NCBI GenBank assembly: GCA_016938065.1
Contig: JAFGVI010000063.1
Span: 2,623-66,622 of the forward strand
Reading direction: 5' to 3'
Length of the DNA: 64,000 nucleotides
From: Deltaproteobacteria bacterium
Lineage (GTDB): Bacteria > Desulfobacterota > Anaeroferrophillalia > Anaeroferrophillales > Tharpellaceae
Shown: positions 26,959-36,928 of the stretch, piece by piece
How the letters are laid out: each line of letters starts with the position of its first letter
How positions within the stretch are numbered: position 1 is the first letter of the stretch
The notes under the pieces: model-generated
What the model was told of the DNA's origin: nothing
The model's database searches: none
The model's input: only the letters and a program-made list of their open reading frames with translations
Translations under genes and position numbers: made by a program

Positions 26959-28971
26959 ATGAAAAAAGCAGTTTATGTTCTGATCATTGCGGTGGTTTTT
27001 GCCTCAATGACATTTGCCGCGGAAAACCCGAAGGTCGACGTATCCGGCTCAATCACAGCCGGTTACCGCCTGACGGACGACCGCTCAAACAACAAGGCCC
27101 GTTTTCTCGAATACCGGGATCTTGATGACAATCCCTTCGGCGCTTTTGCCTTATCCCTGCAGCGGGGAACCTATTATTTGACTTTAGAGGGGTGCAATAT
27201 TGGCCAGGATGACCAGTCCTACCGGATCAAAGGCACCGATTACCGCAACTTCTCCGGCGCTTTTTTCTACGATGAAACACCGCACAATCTCAGCTTCGAT
27301 GCCCGGGCGCCCTACAGCGGTATCGGCAGTCCCGATCTACAACTTACCCCGACCCTGACAAAGATGACGACTTTTGACTACAGCGTCGAGCGCAAGGAGT
27401 TCGGAGGCGAGATAACGCTTACCTTGAACACCCCTTTTTATCTGAGTATGGAGCTTCAACGCCGGGAACAAAACGGTTTAAAACCTCTGGGCAGCGGCGA
27501 CTACTGGTCAAACCTTGAACTGCCGGAACCCGTTGATTACACTACCAATGATCTTAATTTAACGGGCGGCTATCGCGGCAAAACCATCCAGGCTGCAATC
27601 AGGGGTTACTGGAGCAGATTTGACAACGCCGACAATTCAATGTCCCGGCCGTACACTGACGATACAATAACCCTGCCGCCGGATAACGACTACGGTAAGG
27701 TAGCAGCTGAACTAAGCTGGCGTGACCTGCCTCTAAATTCTCTGCTGGCGCTGCGCCTCAGCTACGATCGGACCGAGAGCGACATCTCCCTCTCCGACCT
27801 TGGCCTCAAACAAAGCAGCGATCTTTACCGAACCACCTTCAGCGGCGATAGAACCTGCACTCGGGCAAACATCGCCCTCTCCTCCCGCCCCGGCCCCCGG
27901 CTGGATACGAGAATCTACTATTCCTATCTGGATCAGAACAATGACTCAAGCTCGATCTCCGCAATGCAGGATACTCAGATTTTTGCCTACAACAGAAACA
28001 TTGCCGGCATCGACATCGATTACGCAATTGCCCGCCATACCAGCCTGGGTACGGGTTATGAATTTGAAAATATCGAGCGCCACAACCGTCTTGACGGAGA
28101 GAGCACCACGGACCACAGCCTTTACTTTGAGGTCAAAAACAGCAGCCTCGACTTCCTCAGTACCAGAATCCGTTATAAAAGACTGGAACGTGACGCGCAG
28201 TTCAAAAACCACAACCAGGGTGTGAACCCGTTTACCGACGGCGATGAGTGGATTAAACGCTATCTGCGCCGCTATGATGTCACAGACAAGAGCATGGATG
28301 AGATTAAACTGGTTCTGGAACTCTATCCGCTGCCGCAACTGGATTTCGGGGTTGAGTACAGCTACCAGATGAATGATTATGACAAAACCGACCTCGGTTT
28401 GACCGAAGATAAGCACCACGCCGTCTATACCGATTTTATCTGGCGGGCGAGCAACCGCATCTCCCTCAGCGGTTTTGCCGGTTACGAAAAAACCGAGGCC
28501 GACAGCCGGCACCGGCAGTTTGCCGCCGGCGAATCAGCTGACATTAATGACCTGAGCGACGGAGCCTTCAACTGGCAGAAGAATCGGGATGATGACTTCT
28601 GGAGCTGCGGAGTAGCGTTAGACTGTCCCGATATCATCAAAAAACTGAGTCTGCACTGCGCCTGGCAATACCAGGATTCTAATGGCAAAGTCAGCTTCAG
28701 CTCGGCCGAAAACCAGCTGGCCGACATTAATCAGTCCGACGATTACGACCTGCAGAAACTTGAGATCAAGCTTGCCTATGTCGTGCAGGCCCATACTACG
28801 GTGACCATTGGTTACCTATACGAAAAATATGATGCCGACGATCTGCAATTCGCCGATTATACAGCCTTCACCCCTACCGGCACAATACCCGGGAGCTACC
28901 TGACCGGGGCCTATTACGACCAGGACTACAAGGCAAATGTCGGCTATCTCATGCTCTCTTATAATTTTTGA
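26959..28971 (+). CDS. MtrB/PioB-family decahaem-associated outer-membrane barrel
   Basis: ATG at 26959 after gggagg. Signal peptide MKKAVYVLIIAVVFASMTFA. ~670 aa, Tyr/Asp-rich strand pattern, C-terminus ...YLMLSYNF. Gene order is cytochrome-cytochrome-barrel. Confidence 0.75.
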   Translation: MKKAVYVLIIAVVFASMTFAAENPKVDVSGSITAGYRLTDDRSNNKARFLEYRDLDDNPFGAFALSLQRGTYYLTLEGCNIGQDDQSYRIKGTDYRNFSGAFFYDETPHNLSFDARAPYSGIGSPDLQLTPTLTKMTTFDYSVERKEFGGEITLTLNTPFYLSMELQRREQNGLKPLGSGDYWSNLELPEPVDYTTNDLNLTGGYRGKTIQAAIRGYWSRFDNADNSMSRPYTDDTITLPPDNDYGKVAAELSWRDLPLNSLLALRLSYDRTESDISLSDLGLKQSSDLYRTTFSGDRTCTRANIALSSRPGPRLDTRIYYSYLDQNNDSSSISAMQDTQIFAYNRNIAGIDIDYAIARHTSLGTGYEFENIERHNRLDGESTTDHSLYFEVKNSSLDFLSTRIRYKRLERDAQFKNHNQGVNPFTDGDEWIKRYLRRYDVTDKSMDEIKLVLELYPLPQLDFGVEYSYQMNDYDKTDLGLTEDKHHAVYTDFIWRASNRISLSGFAGYEKTEADSRHRQFAAGESADINDLSDGAFNWQKNRDDDFWSCGVALDCPDIIKKLSLHCAWQYQDSNGKVSFSSAENQLADINQSDDYDLQKLEIKLAYVVQAHTTVTIGYLYEKYDADDLQFADYTAFTPTGTIPGSYLTGAYYDQDYKANVGYLMLSYNF

Positions 28972-29198
28972 TACCCTCGTAAAACGTCGTAAACTGAAAA
29001 ATCAGACCTCAAGACAAATGGTTTGCGCAACGCTCCCTCGCCCATATTCTGGACTGGTTTGACTGGATTGAGACGATGCAGGTAAAGACGGCCACGGACA
29101 ACTACCGGCGGCCCACCGAGTCAGCGGCCGGAGACCGGTTGTTCCTGGAGTACTTGGAAGTGGTATGCAGATATTGTGTGCTTTATCCGATCTTCAGC

Positions 29199-30245
29199 TT
29201 AATATTCTCGGATCAGGTTGTAGAGGGTATCGCGCTGCATGGCGTTGAATCCCGCTTCATTAATCGTATCGACAAGTTCTTGAAGAGAGATCGCAAAATG
29301 AACCCCGGCGGCGGCGACAACGTTTTCTTCAATCATGGTCGAGCCGAAATCGTTGGCCCCGAAGTAGAGGGCCACCTGCGCCATTTTCGTCCCCTGGGTA
29401 ACCCAGGAGGCCTGAAGGTTGTCGATATTGTCGAGAACTAAACGGGAGAGAGCGAGAACCCTGAGATAATCAATGCCGGTGGCGGGCAACGCCACTTCTT
29501 CGGCAAGGGCTGTGTTGGTCGGCTGAAAGCTCCAGGGAATAAAGGCAGTAAAGCCGCCGCTGCGATCCTGAACCTCACGCACTCGGAAAAGATGGTCAAT
29601 GAGCTCTTCCGGGGTCTCGATGGAACCGAACATCATCGTCGCCGTACTTCTTAAGCCCAAAGCATGGGCCGTCTCCATAACTTCGAGCCAGCGCTGCCAG
29701 CCGATCTTATTGGGACTGATCAGGGTGCGCACGCGATCGTCGAGGATTTCGGCCCCGCCCCCGGGAATCGAGCCCAATCCGGCCGCTTTCAGCTGAAGCA
29801 GGGTCTCTTTAAGACCGAGTTTCGATAACACCGCAATATGGAAGATCTCGGGCGGTGAGAAGCCATGAATATGGATGGCCGGGAAATCCTTTTTGATGGT
29901 CTTTAGCAGCCCCAGATAGTAATCAATCTTCAAGTCGGGATGAAGACCCCCCTGAAGCAGAATCTGGGTGCCGCCGAGCTCAATGGTTTCGGCAATTTTA
30001 TGCCGCAATAGAGCTTCATCGATAACAAAGGCATCGGCATCTTCAGGCCGGCGATAATAGGCGCAGAAACGACACTGGCACTGACAGATATTGGTATAGT
30101 TGATATTGCGGTCGATAGCAAAGGTAACCTTTTTCTGCGGATGCCGGCGCAGGCGGGCGGCATGAGCGCGCGCGCCCAGTTCTAAAAGATCACAATGTTT
30201 AAAAAGATCGAGAGCCTGCTGCCGGTCCAGTCTCACATCATTCAT
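29199..30245 (-). CDS. mqnC: Radical SAM menaquinone (futalosine pathway) enzyme, probably cyclic dehypoxanthinyl futalosine synthase
   Basis: Start taken at MNDVRLDRQQ... (ATG at 30245, 8-nt overlap with the upstream gene). Motifs VTFAIDRNINYTNICQCQCRFCAYYRRP and ILLQGGLHP. The MqnC vs MqnE assignment is from remembered family patterns. Confidence 0.6.
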   Translation of the reverse strand: MNDVRLDRQQALDLFKHCDLLELGARAHAARLRRHPQKKVTFAIDRNINYTNICQCQCRFCAYYRRPEDADAFVIDEALLRHKIAETIELGGTQILLQGGLHPDLKIDYYLGLLKTIKKDFPAIHIHGFSPPEIFHIAVLSKLGLKETLLQLKAAGLGSIPGGGAEILDDRVRTLISPNKIGWQRWLEVMETAHALGLRSTATMMFGSIETPEELIDHLFRVREVQDRSGGFTAFIPWSFQPTNTALAEEVALPATGIDYLRVLALSRLVLDNIDNLQASWVTQGTKMAQVALYFGANDFGSTMIEENVVAAAGVHFAISLQELVDTINEAGFNAMQRDTLYNLIREY

Positions 30246-31320
30246 CACGACCTCCCACCGGCTGATAAAAAGTATCCCGTTCCTGCGGCTGACGTCCCGC
30301 CCGGATGATTGAATTCCTGATATAGGCCTCACTCAAGCCCACCGCACTCCGGGCCCCGGCGGCATGGGTAATCCTTTCTTTGACCACCGTGCCGTCAAGA
30401 TCATTTACCCCGAAAAGCAGGGCAAGCTGGGCGATTTTTTCGCCGAGCATAACCCAGTAGGCCTTGATATGTTGAAAATTATCCAGATAGAGGCGGGCGA
30501 TAGCCAGGGTTTTCAGATCATCAATGGCGCTGGTTTCACCTTTTTTGCGAATATCGGTGTTGGTCGCATGAAAGGCCAGAGGAATAAACACCTGAAAACC
30601 GCCGGTCTGATCCTGCAGGGCGCGCAGTTTCTCCATATGGTCGACGCGATCGGCAAAACTTTCAATGTGACCGTAAAGCATGGTGGCATTGGTCGGAATC
30701 GCCGCCCGATGCGCCAGCGCCATAATCTCAAGCCAGCGGGCACCGCTGATCTTTTCCGGACAGATCAGCTCCCTGACGGCGGGCGCAAAAATCTCGGCAC
30801 CCCCACCGGGCATGGCCTGCAGACCGGCATCCTGTAACTGTTTAAGAACCGTCGGAATATCAAGCCCGCTGATTTTGGCAAAATAGTCGATTTCAACTGC
30901 GGTAAAGGCCTTAATGACGATAGCCGGATGTTCGCGTTTAAGAGCGCGCAACAACTCCAGATAGTGAGCAAAAGGCCAGTCGGGGTGCAGTCCGCCGACA
31001 ATATGAAACTCCCGGATTCCCAGGGTTTCCGCCTCTTTTACCTGTTCCAGAATATCATCAATACACTCTTCGTAAGCCCCCTCTTCGCCTTTGAGTTTGC
31101 TGTAGGCGCAGAAACGGCACTGATTGACACAGATATTGGTCGGATTAATATGCCGGTTTATATTGTAGTAAACCACGTCGCCATTAATCTTCTGATTGAT
31201 CTCGGCCGCGAGTTTGCCGAGAGCAAAAAAATCACCCGCTTCGTAGAGAAACAGCGCATCGCTGGACGACAGGCGCTCTCCGGCGCGCCGTTTGGCGGCA
31301 ATTTCATCGAATTTTTTCAA
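30238..31320 (-). CDS. mqnE: Radical SAM menaquinone (futalosine pathway) enzyme, probably aminofutalosine synthase
   Basis: 360 aa. Motifs NINRHINPTNICVNQCRFCAY and HIVGGLHPDWPFAHY. Paralogous to the adjacent gene. Confidence 0.6.
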   Translation of the reverse strand: MKKFDEIAAKRRAGERLSSSDALFLYEAGDFFALGKLAAEINQKINGDVVYYNINRHINPTNICVNQCRFCAYSKLKGEEGAYEECIDDILEQVKEAETLGIREFHIVGGLHPDWPFAHYLELLRALKREHPAIVIKAFTAVEIDYFAKISGLDIPTVLKQLQDAGLQAMPGGGAEIFAPAVRELICPEKISGARWLEIMALAHRAAIPTNATMLYGHIESFADRVDHMEKLRALQDQTGGFQVFIPLAFHATNTDIRKKGETSAIDDLKTLAIARLYLDNFQHIKAYWVMLGEKIAQLALLFGVNDLDGTVVKERITHAAGARSAVGLSEAYIRNSIIRAGRQPQERDTFYQPVGGRDE

Positions 31321-31341
31321 GATAATATAGTTTCCTTAAAT

Positions 31342-32172
31342 CTAAGCTTCCAGGGTTGCGCCAACACAGGCAAAAAAGAAACGCTCCGGCATATGGGCGT
31401 AGAGCCGGGCAGATTTTTCGAGACCGGTGCAGTGGGAGACTCCAAGCTTTGCAATCTGATAACTGTCGATCACTTTGAGGGTTTCGGCAAACTGTACTTC
31501 ACCGGAAAAACCCATATGGGTACCGCCGATTACGGCATGAATCCGATCACGGGGAAATTTATCCCTGACATAATCGAGAATATTGACGATACCGGCGTGA
31601 GCACAACCTAAGATAACAATCAAACCTTGGTCGGAATCGATGACCAATGAGAGATCATCATTGATGGGATCAGGTTGAAGCTCCTGTCCTGCGGCCGTAA
31701 CCGCCACCATATTGGGATCACCGGTTTCATAGGTGGTATGACGGGGAATCTCACCGGTCAGAAAAAGACCGGGTCCGATCTCGCGCAGCTCCCGGGAAAA
31801 ATCAAATTGAGCCCCTAACGACTCCAGATAAGAGCGCCGATAGGGAATGCCGATGGCCCGCCGTGCCTCTCCCCAGAAACGTTCAATAAAGATCTCAGGA
31901 TGAGCATAAACCGGGACCGGTCCGCGCTGACGTAAAACCTGAGGCAGGCCGCCGGTATGATCGTAGTGACCGTGGCTGATCATAATTGCTTTGATCGACG
32001 CCAGATCTTTTTTCAGGAGCATCGCGTTCTGACTGAGCCCCAGCCCCTGACCCGTATCAAAAAGATAGTTTCCATTTTCGGTCTCAATAAAACAGGCAAA
32101 GCCATGTTCGCCGATGCCGCCAAAGGGCATGCCCACAGAATTTTCACAGAGAATCGTAATTTTGACCTTCAT
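31342..32172 (-). CDS. MBL-fold metallo-hydrolase
   Basis: 276 aa with ISHGHYDHTGGL (HxHxDH metal motif). Confidence 0.7.
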   Translation of the reverse strand: MKVKITILCENSVGMPFGGIGEHGFACFIETENGNYLFDTGQGLGLSQNAMLLKKDLASIKAIMISHGHYDHTGGLPQVLRQRGPVPVYAHPEIFIERFWGEARRAIGIPYRRSYLESLGAQFDFSRELREIGPGLFLTGEIPRHTTYETGDPNMVAVTAAGQELQPDPINDDLSLVIDSDQGLIVILGCAHAGIVNILDYVRDKFPRDRIHAVIGGTHMGFSGEVQFAETLKVIDSYQIAKLGVSHCTGLEKSARLYAHMPERFFFACVGATLEA

Positions 32173-32229
32173 GATCCTGCTCCTTTGCTTAAACGGAATC
32201 CTGCGACTGACTTACAGGCAATCTCAGAC

Positions 32230-33033
32230 TCAGGAAAAATAGTTGACGGCATTTTCAAAAATGATCCGGCCCGGCCCGGGCTGCTGCCAGTCGCTATCGG
32301 GATTCCGGGCGAGAATTTGCGGCCACTCCGGCAGATGACTCAGGCGAAAAGCCCGTTCGGGATGAGGCATAAGCCCGAAAATCCGTCCCTGGGCCGCGCA
32401 TAAAGCGGCAACATCGTCGAGAGAACCATTCGGATTCGCAGGAAAAGAGCCGTGGGCCGGCAGTTTTTCGGCATCGGCATAACGCAAGGCAATCTGACGA
32501 CGCTGTTTGAGTTCGGTCAGGGTTTCCGGCGGGGCATAAAAACGCCCTTCACCATGCGCCACAGGTAAACTCAAGAAGCTGACGCCGCGCAGAAAAACTG
32601 CATCCGTTTCGGCCGCCAGAAGATTTACCCAACGGCACTCATAGCGGGCCGTACGATTGGCAATCAGGGCAACCCGACGCGAGCCGAACGTGTTATCCGT
32701 TGCTCCCGGCAGCAGACCGAGGTTGACAAGCACCTGAAAACCATTACAGATCCCCAGAACAAGATGGTCGGCCGCAACAAAGGCCATGAGCTCGGGCCAG
32801 AGGGTATGACGCATCTTGTTGGCCAGGGCATTACCGGAACCGGTATCATCACCATAAGAGAAGCCTCCCGGAACGACAAATATCTGATAGTCACCAAGCT
32901 GACCCGGAGCCGCAATCAGATCGTTGACATGCACAATCGCAGTCCGGGCGCCGCAGGCCTGAAAGGCATAAGCGGTCTCCTCTTCACAATTAATACCGTA
33001 ACCGGTCAACAAAAGAACCTTAGGTTGAACCAT
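32230..33033 (-). CDS. purQ: Phosphoribosylformylglycinamidine synthase I, glutamine amidotransferase subunit
   Basis: ATG at 33033 preceded by GGAG (the track's 33045 start is a GTG). Motifs LLLTGYGINCEEE and the nucleophile elbow GICNGFQVL. Directly downstream of purL. Confidence 0.8.
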   Translation of the reverse strand: MVQPKVLLLTGYGINCEEETAYAFQACGARTAIVHVNDLIAAPGQLGDYQIFVVPGGFSYGDDTGSGNALANKMRHTLWPELMAFVAADHLVLGICNGFQVLVNLGLLPGATDNTFGSRRVALIANRTARYECRWVNLLAAETDAVFLRGVSFLSLPVAHGEGRFYAPPETLTELKQRRQIALRYADAEKLPAHGSFPANPNGSLDDVAALCAAQGRIFGLMPHPERAFRLSHLPEWPQILARNPDSDWQQPGPGRIIFENAVNYFS

Positions 33034-33062
33034 TATATTCTCCACATCCGGCAGCCGCCGGG

Positions 33063-36000
33063 TTAATAACCGGCAAAGGTCGACCGATAAGCGGTTGACA
33101 GCTTAGTTACACTCGTCTGCAGTACGATTTCACCACCCTGATGCATGACAATCTCACCATCCTCCTGCACTTGGCCAAGCCTTATACAGCCGTAATCGGC
33201 AAACGCTTTTTCGATGGCGGGCCCCACTGCTAAAGCCACGCTGACTAAAAAACGACCCGGATATTCGTTGAAAAGAAAAATATCGGCCCGTTCCGCCGTC
33301 GGCATTTCCAGCGTAAAGCCGAAACCTTCCGCCATCGCCCCTTTCCCCAGAGCCAGCGCCAGCCCACCCTGAGCCAGAGGATAGAGGGAGCGAAAATCAC
33401 CGGCCGCCGTAAACTTCTGTAAAGAGTTGTAGAGGGGAAGCAGGGCCTGCGGAGCAAACTTCGGCACCCGGCCCCAGTCTCCGGCAGCAACCAGCTTTTC
33501 ATCTTTTAAAAGATTCAGATATTCACTGCCCCCGAGCTCGGCGCCACCCGACCCCAGAAGATAGAGAAGATCCCCGGGCTTAACAAAAGCAAAGGAGCGC
33601 AGCCGCTTGATATCGGGCATGACCCCGATCGCCGAAATCAGAATGGTCGGCGGCACCGAGATCGTAACCTTCCGGTCCTGACTGTCGTAACCACTGAAAT
33701 CATTATACATGCTGTCTTTGCCCGAAATAAAGGGCGTACCATAAACAACGGCGGTCTCATAACAGGCCCGGGCACACTCTTTGAGCTGCCAGAGGCGCTC
33801 CGGATCATCTGAGGAACACCAGCAAAAATTATCGAGCAGAGCAATATGTGACAAAGGGGTACCGACTGCGAGCAAATTGCGTACGGCGGTATCAATCGCC
33901 GTCGCCGCCGCCGCATAGGTATCAAGATCACTTAAGGCCGGGTAGAGACTCTGCGAAAGCGCCACCGCTTTGGCCGATTGCGGCAAAGGCTGAACCACTG
34001 TCGTAAAACCGTCCACCTGGCCGCGACCGACCTGGGGCTTAAGCACCGAGCCCCCCTGCACCTCAAAATCATACTGAGTCGAAATATAAGCATGGGAAGC
34101 CAGATTAAGCCGCCCGAAGAGCCCGACAAAAAGATCTTCCAGGGCCAGGGTACCGGGATCAGGCAAGGTGAGTGAATTTTCCTGCGAAGGGCGCATCCGG
34201 GTCAGCAGGCGCTTGCGCGGCTGACCGTTATGGAGGAACTCCAGATCCATATCCATAACAGTTTCGCCCTGAAAGCTGACCTGACAGCGGCCAGAGTCTG
34301 TAAATTCGCCGATGACGGTAGCCTCAACCCCGCGACTGACCAGCAGACGCTCGAGTTCAGGCCATTTTTCCGGGGCCACCGCCAGGGTCATCCGCTCCTG
34401 CGATTCACTGATCCAGATCTCCCAGGGCGCCATACCCGGATACTTGACCGGCACTTTCTCCAGTTCAACCCGGCAGCCGCCGCATTCGCGCGCCATTTCC
34501 GCGACCGAGCAGGATATACCGCCGGCCCCGTTATCGGTTATACTGCTGTAAAGATTACGCTGACGCGCCTCTTTGACAATCGCATCGGAAAACTTTTTCT
34601 GCGTAATCGGATCACCGATCTGAACCGCGGTCGCCGGGCTGCCGCCGGTCAGAGCTTCGGAAGAGAAGGTCGCCCCGTGAATCCCGTCGAGACCGACGCG
34701 GCCGCCAAGAACGACTATATAATCACCGGCCCGGGCGGCTTTTTCATGACTTAAGCGCCCGGCCGCGGTCTTTCTCGGAATCAGACCCACGGTTCCGACA
34801 AAAACCAGCGGTTTACCTTTGTAGCCGGGATGAAAGGTCAAAAAACCCTGGGTCGTCGGAATTCCGGAACAGTTACCACCGACCCGAACCCCATCAACAA
34901 TACCGTCGAGAATACGACGCGGACGCAGGGCCTGATTAACCCCTCCCGGGGAACGATAAAGGGGTTCGCAATCCGTGGGATCGGCAACGCAGAAACCGTA
35001 ACGGTTAATTATGGGTTTGGCCCCGAGGCCGAAGCCGACGGTATCCCGGTTAACCCCGACAATGCCGGTGATCGAACCACCGAAAGGATCGAGAGCCGAA
35101 GGGGAGTTGTGGGTTTCAACCTTGTCGGTCACCAGATATTCATCGTCAAAGCTGATAGCCCCGGAGTTGTCGACAAAAACTGAGACGCAGATATCGTCGG
35201 CCCCGCGCATCTGCCGGATCTTCCGGGTTGCCCCCTTGATATAGGTCTTGTAGAGACCCTCTTCGAGATCATCAAGAGCCGCCGCAAAAATCGTATGCTT
35301 ACAATGCTCAGACCAAGTCTGAGCCAGGGCTTCGAGTTCAAGATCGGTGGGCTGACGCTTTTCCACCTTGGAAAAATAGTCGGCAATCGCGCCCAGGGAA
35401 GGCAGATCCAGAGCCAGCGGCCCGCGCCGCACAACTTTACCCAGATCGTCATAGTGATCAATAATCCCCTCTTTACCGAGAGCCATAAGCTCGGTTTCGG
35501 GAATCTCAAGATCGACCAGGCTGACCTTTTTCCCGGCCGCCAGCCGCACCCGGGGAATAATCAGATCCATGCCCTGATCGGCAAGGTAAGCAGCCCGCTC
35601 CTTCCAGTTGAGACGTTGAATCAGACCATTAGCCAAAAAGCGACCGATAAGCCGCCGATCGGCCACAGTCAGATTTACGGCCTGAAGATAGTAGATGGTA
35701 CTGGAATAGATGGCCTGGTCGGCAGCCAGTGGCGCCCCCCAGGCATCAGCCAGGGTTTCAGCGGCACTGTGAGCAATATTATCGGTAACCCCTGGCAGAA
35801 AACCCACCTCCAGGACAACAGTTGCCGCCCCCGGCGGCCGCACGCCATCAATCAGACAATCATGCACTACCGGATTGAGCAAAAGGGCAGCAGCAGCCTG
35901 CAGACGGGACGAACTGAAATCACCCTCAAACGTGTAGACTTCGGAAAGCCAGACCTGATTGATCACCCCCGACAACCCCAGAGCATTAAGTTTATCCTGC

Positions 36001-36077
36001 AGAAGCAGACCGCGGGTATCAAGCTCGGAATCACGGAAAAAGATCTCCAGACGATGTCCTGCATTATTTCTATTCAT
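33063..36077 (-). CDS. purL: Phosphoribosylformylglycinamidine synthase II (long form with N-terminal extension, possibly PurS-like)
   Basis: ~1004 aa from the ATG at 36077 (MNRNNAGHRLEIFF...). PurL core motifs such as ETHNSPSALDPFGGS, and two AIR-synthase-like halves. Confidence 0.9.
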   Translation of the reverse strand: MNRNNAGHRLEIFFRDSELDTRGLLLQDKLNALGLSGVINQVWLSEVYTFEGDFSSSRLQAAAALLLNPVVHDCLIDGVRPPGAATVVLEVGFLPGVTDNIAHSAAETLADAWGAPLAADQAIYSSTIYYLQAVNLTVADRRLIGRFLANGLIQRLNWKERAAYLADQGMDLIIPRVRLAAGKKVSLVDLEIPETELMALGKEGIIDHYDDLGKVVRRGPLALDLPSLGAIADYFSKVEKRQPTDLELEALAQTWSEHCKHTIFAAALDDLEEGLYKTYIKGATRKIRQMRGADDICVSVFVDNSGAISFDDEYLVTDKVETHNSPSALDPFGGSITGIVGVNRDTVGFGLGAKPIINRYGFCVADPTDCEPLYRSPGGVNQALRPRRILDGIVDGVRVGGNCSGIPTTQGFLTFHPGYKGKPLVFVGTVGLIPRKTAAGRLSHEKAARAGDYIVVLGGRVGLDGIHGATFSSEALTGGSPATAVQIGDPITQKKFSDAIVKEARQRNLYSSITDNGAGGISCSVAEMARECGGCRVELEKVPVKYPGMAPWEIWISESQERMTLAVAPEKWPELERLLVSRGVEATVIGEFTDSGRCQVSFQGETVMDMDLEFLHNGQPRKRLLTRMRPSQENSLTLPDPGTLALEDLFVGLFGRLNLASHAYISTQYDFEVQGGSVLKPQVGRGQVDGFTTVVQPLPQSAKAVALSQSLYPALSDLDTYAAAATAIDTAVRNLLAVGTPLSHIALLDNFCWCSSDDPERLWQLKECARACYETAVVYGTPFISGKDSMYNDFSGYDSQDRKVTISVPPTILISAIGVMPDIKRLRSFAFVKPGDLLYLLGSGGAELGGSEYLNLLKDEKLVAAGDWGRVPKFAPQALLPLYNSLQKFTAAGDFRSLYPLAQGGLALALGKGAMAEGFGFTLEMPTAERADIFLFNEYPGRFLVSVALAVGPAIEKAFADYGCIRLGQVQEDGEIVMHQGGEIVLQTSVTKLSTAYRSTFAGY

Positions 36078-36151
36078 ATTAATTTCCCAGCCCGGCAAAA
36101 CCGGAAAAACAAATTCCACCGGTTACAGTTCGTATTCAGTTAATTTCGTAA

Positions 36152-36691
36152 TTAACGCTGTTCATCCGCCGCCAGCGCCCGGATATAGGGCAACTCGCGA
36201 TATTGCTCATTATAATCAAGCCCGTAACCGACAATAAAAACATCGGGAATCACGGCTCCGCAATAATCGGGTTCCAGTACCACCCGATGGCTGGCCTCTT
36301 TACGCAGCAGAACACAGGTTTTCACCTTTGCCGCCCCATTTTCGTAAAGTCTCGAGACCACACTCTGCAGAGTCAAACCCGTGTCAAATATATCATCGAC
36401 GACAATCACCTCGCAACCCTGACCCAGCCCCTCCGGCAACCCACAATCAAACGTCACCTTACCACTGCTGGCAGTACCGCAATAACTGCTGACCTGAAGA
36501 TACTCGACCGCCAGGGAAAGCGAATAACGGCTCAGCTCCCGGCAGAGATCGGCAAGAAAGGGCTGACAACCTTTCAAAAGACCGAGCAGCAAAAGTTTCC
36601 GCCCGGCAAAATCGGCGGCAATCGCAGCCGCCAGCTCCGCAACCACGCCTTTGATTTCACTTTCAGTATAGAGGGTCTGCTTCATTGTCAT
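36152..36691 (-). CDS. hpt: Hypoxanthine phosphoribosyltransferase
   Basis: 179 aa with the PRPP-binding loop VIVVDDIFDTGLTL and C-terminal VGYGLDYNEQYRELPYI. Confidence 0.85.
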   Translation of the reverse strand: MTMKQTLYTESEIKGVVAELAAAIAADFAGRKLLLLGLLKGCQPFLADLCRELSRYSLSLAVEYLQVSSYCGTASSGKVTFDCGLPEGLGQGCEVIVVDDIFDTGLTLQSVVSRLYENGAAKVKTCVLLRKEASHRVVLEPDYCGAVIPDVFIVGYGLDYNEQYRELPYIRALAADEQR

Positions 36692-36928
36692 GGCTCAATC
36701 GGCACACCGCTGTCAGTCATAAGCCCTCGACCGGACGACAACATCCGCCGATGTCGGATTAAGGTTAATGCACCATTTTGGGGCTGCCGTCTGTCTATAA
36801 CGAATGGACTCTCCTTGTCAAGAAAGGAAGGATTTTTCTTGACTCATAGTGATTACACGTCTATATGAGGCACCGAATCTTTATATAATATTATATGTTT
36901 AATTAAAGCGATAAAAACGTCGAAAGCA

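Noticed and set aside
29076-29441. A 121-aa plus-strand ORF at the mtrB/mqnC convergent junction.
   Set aside because: It overlaps the 3' end of the well-supported mqnC-like gene in antisense, and has no RBS and no recognisable motif.
36692-36928. An FMN (RFN) riboswitch expected upstream of ribE.
   Set aside because: Reading the plus strand, I could not find the conserved RFN core segments (GGATTCCC / ACCGACGGT / AGTCCGGATG-type blocks). There is only a 9-bp hairpin, GTCAAGAAA / TTTCTTGAC, at 36817-36843 and an AT-rich promoter-like stretch. The minus-strand hpt leader also matched no riboswitch I know.
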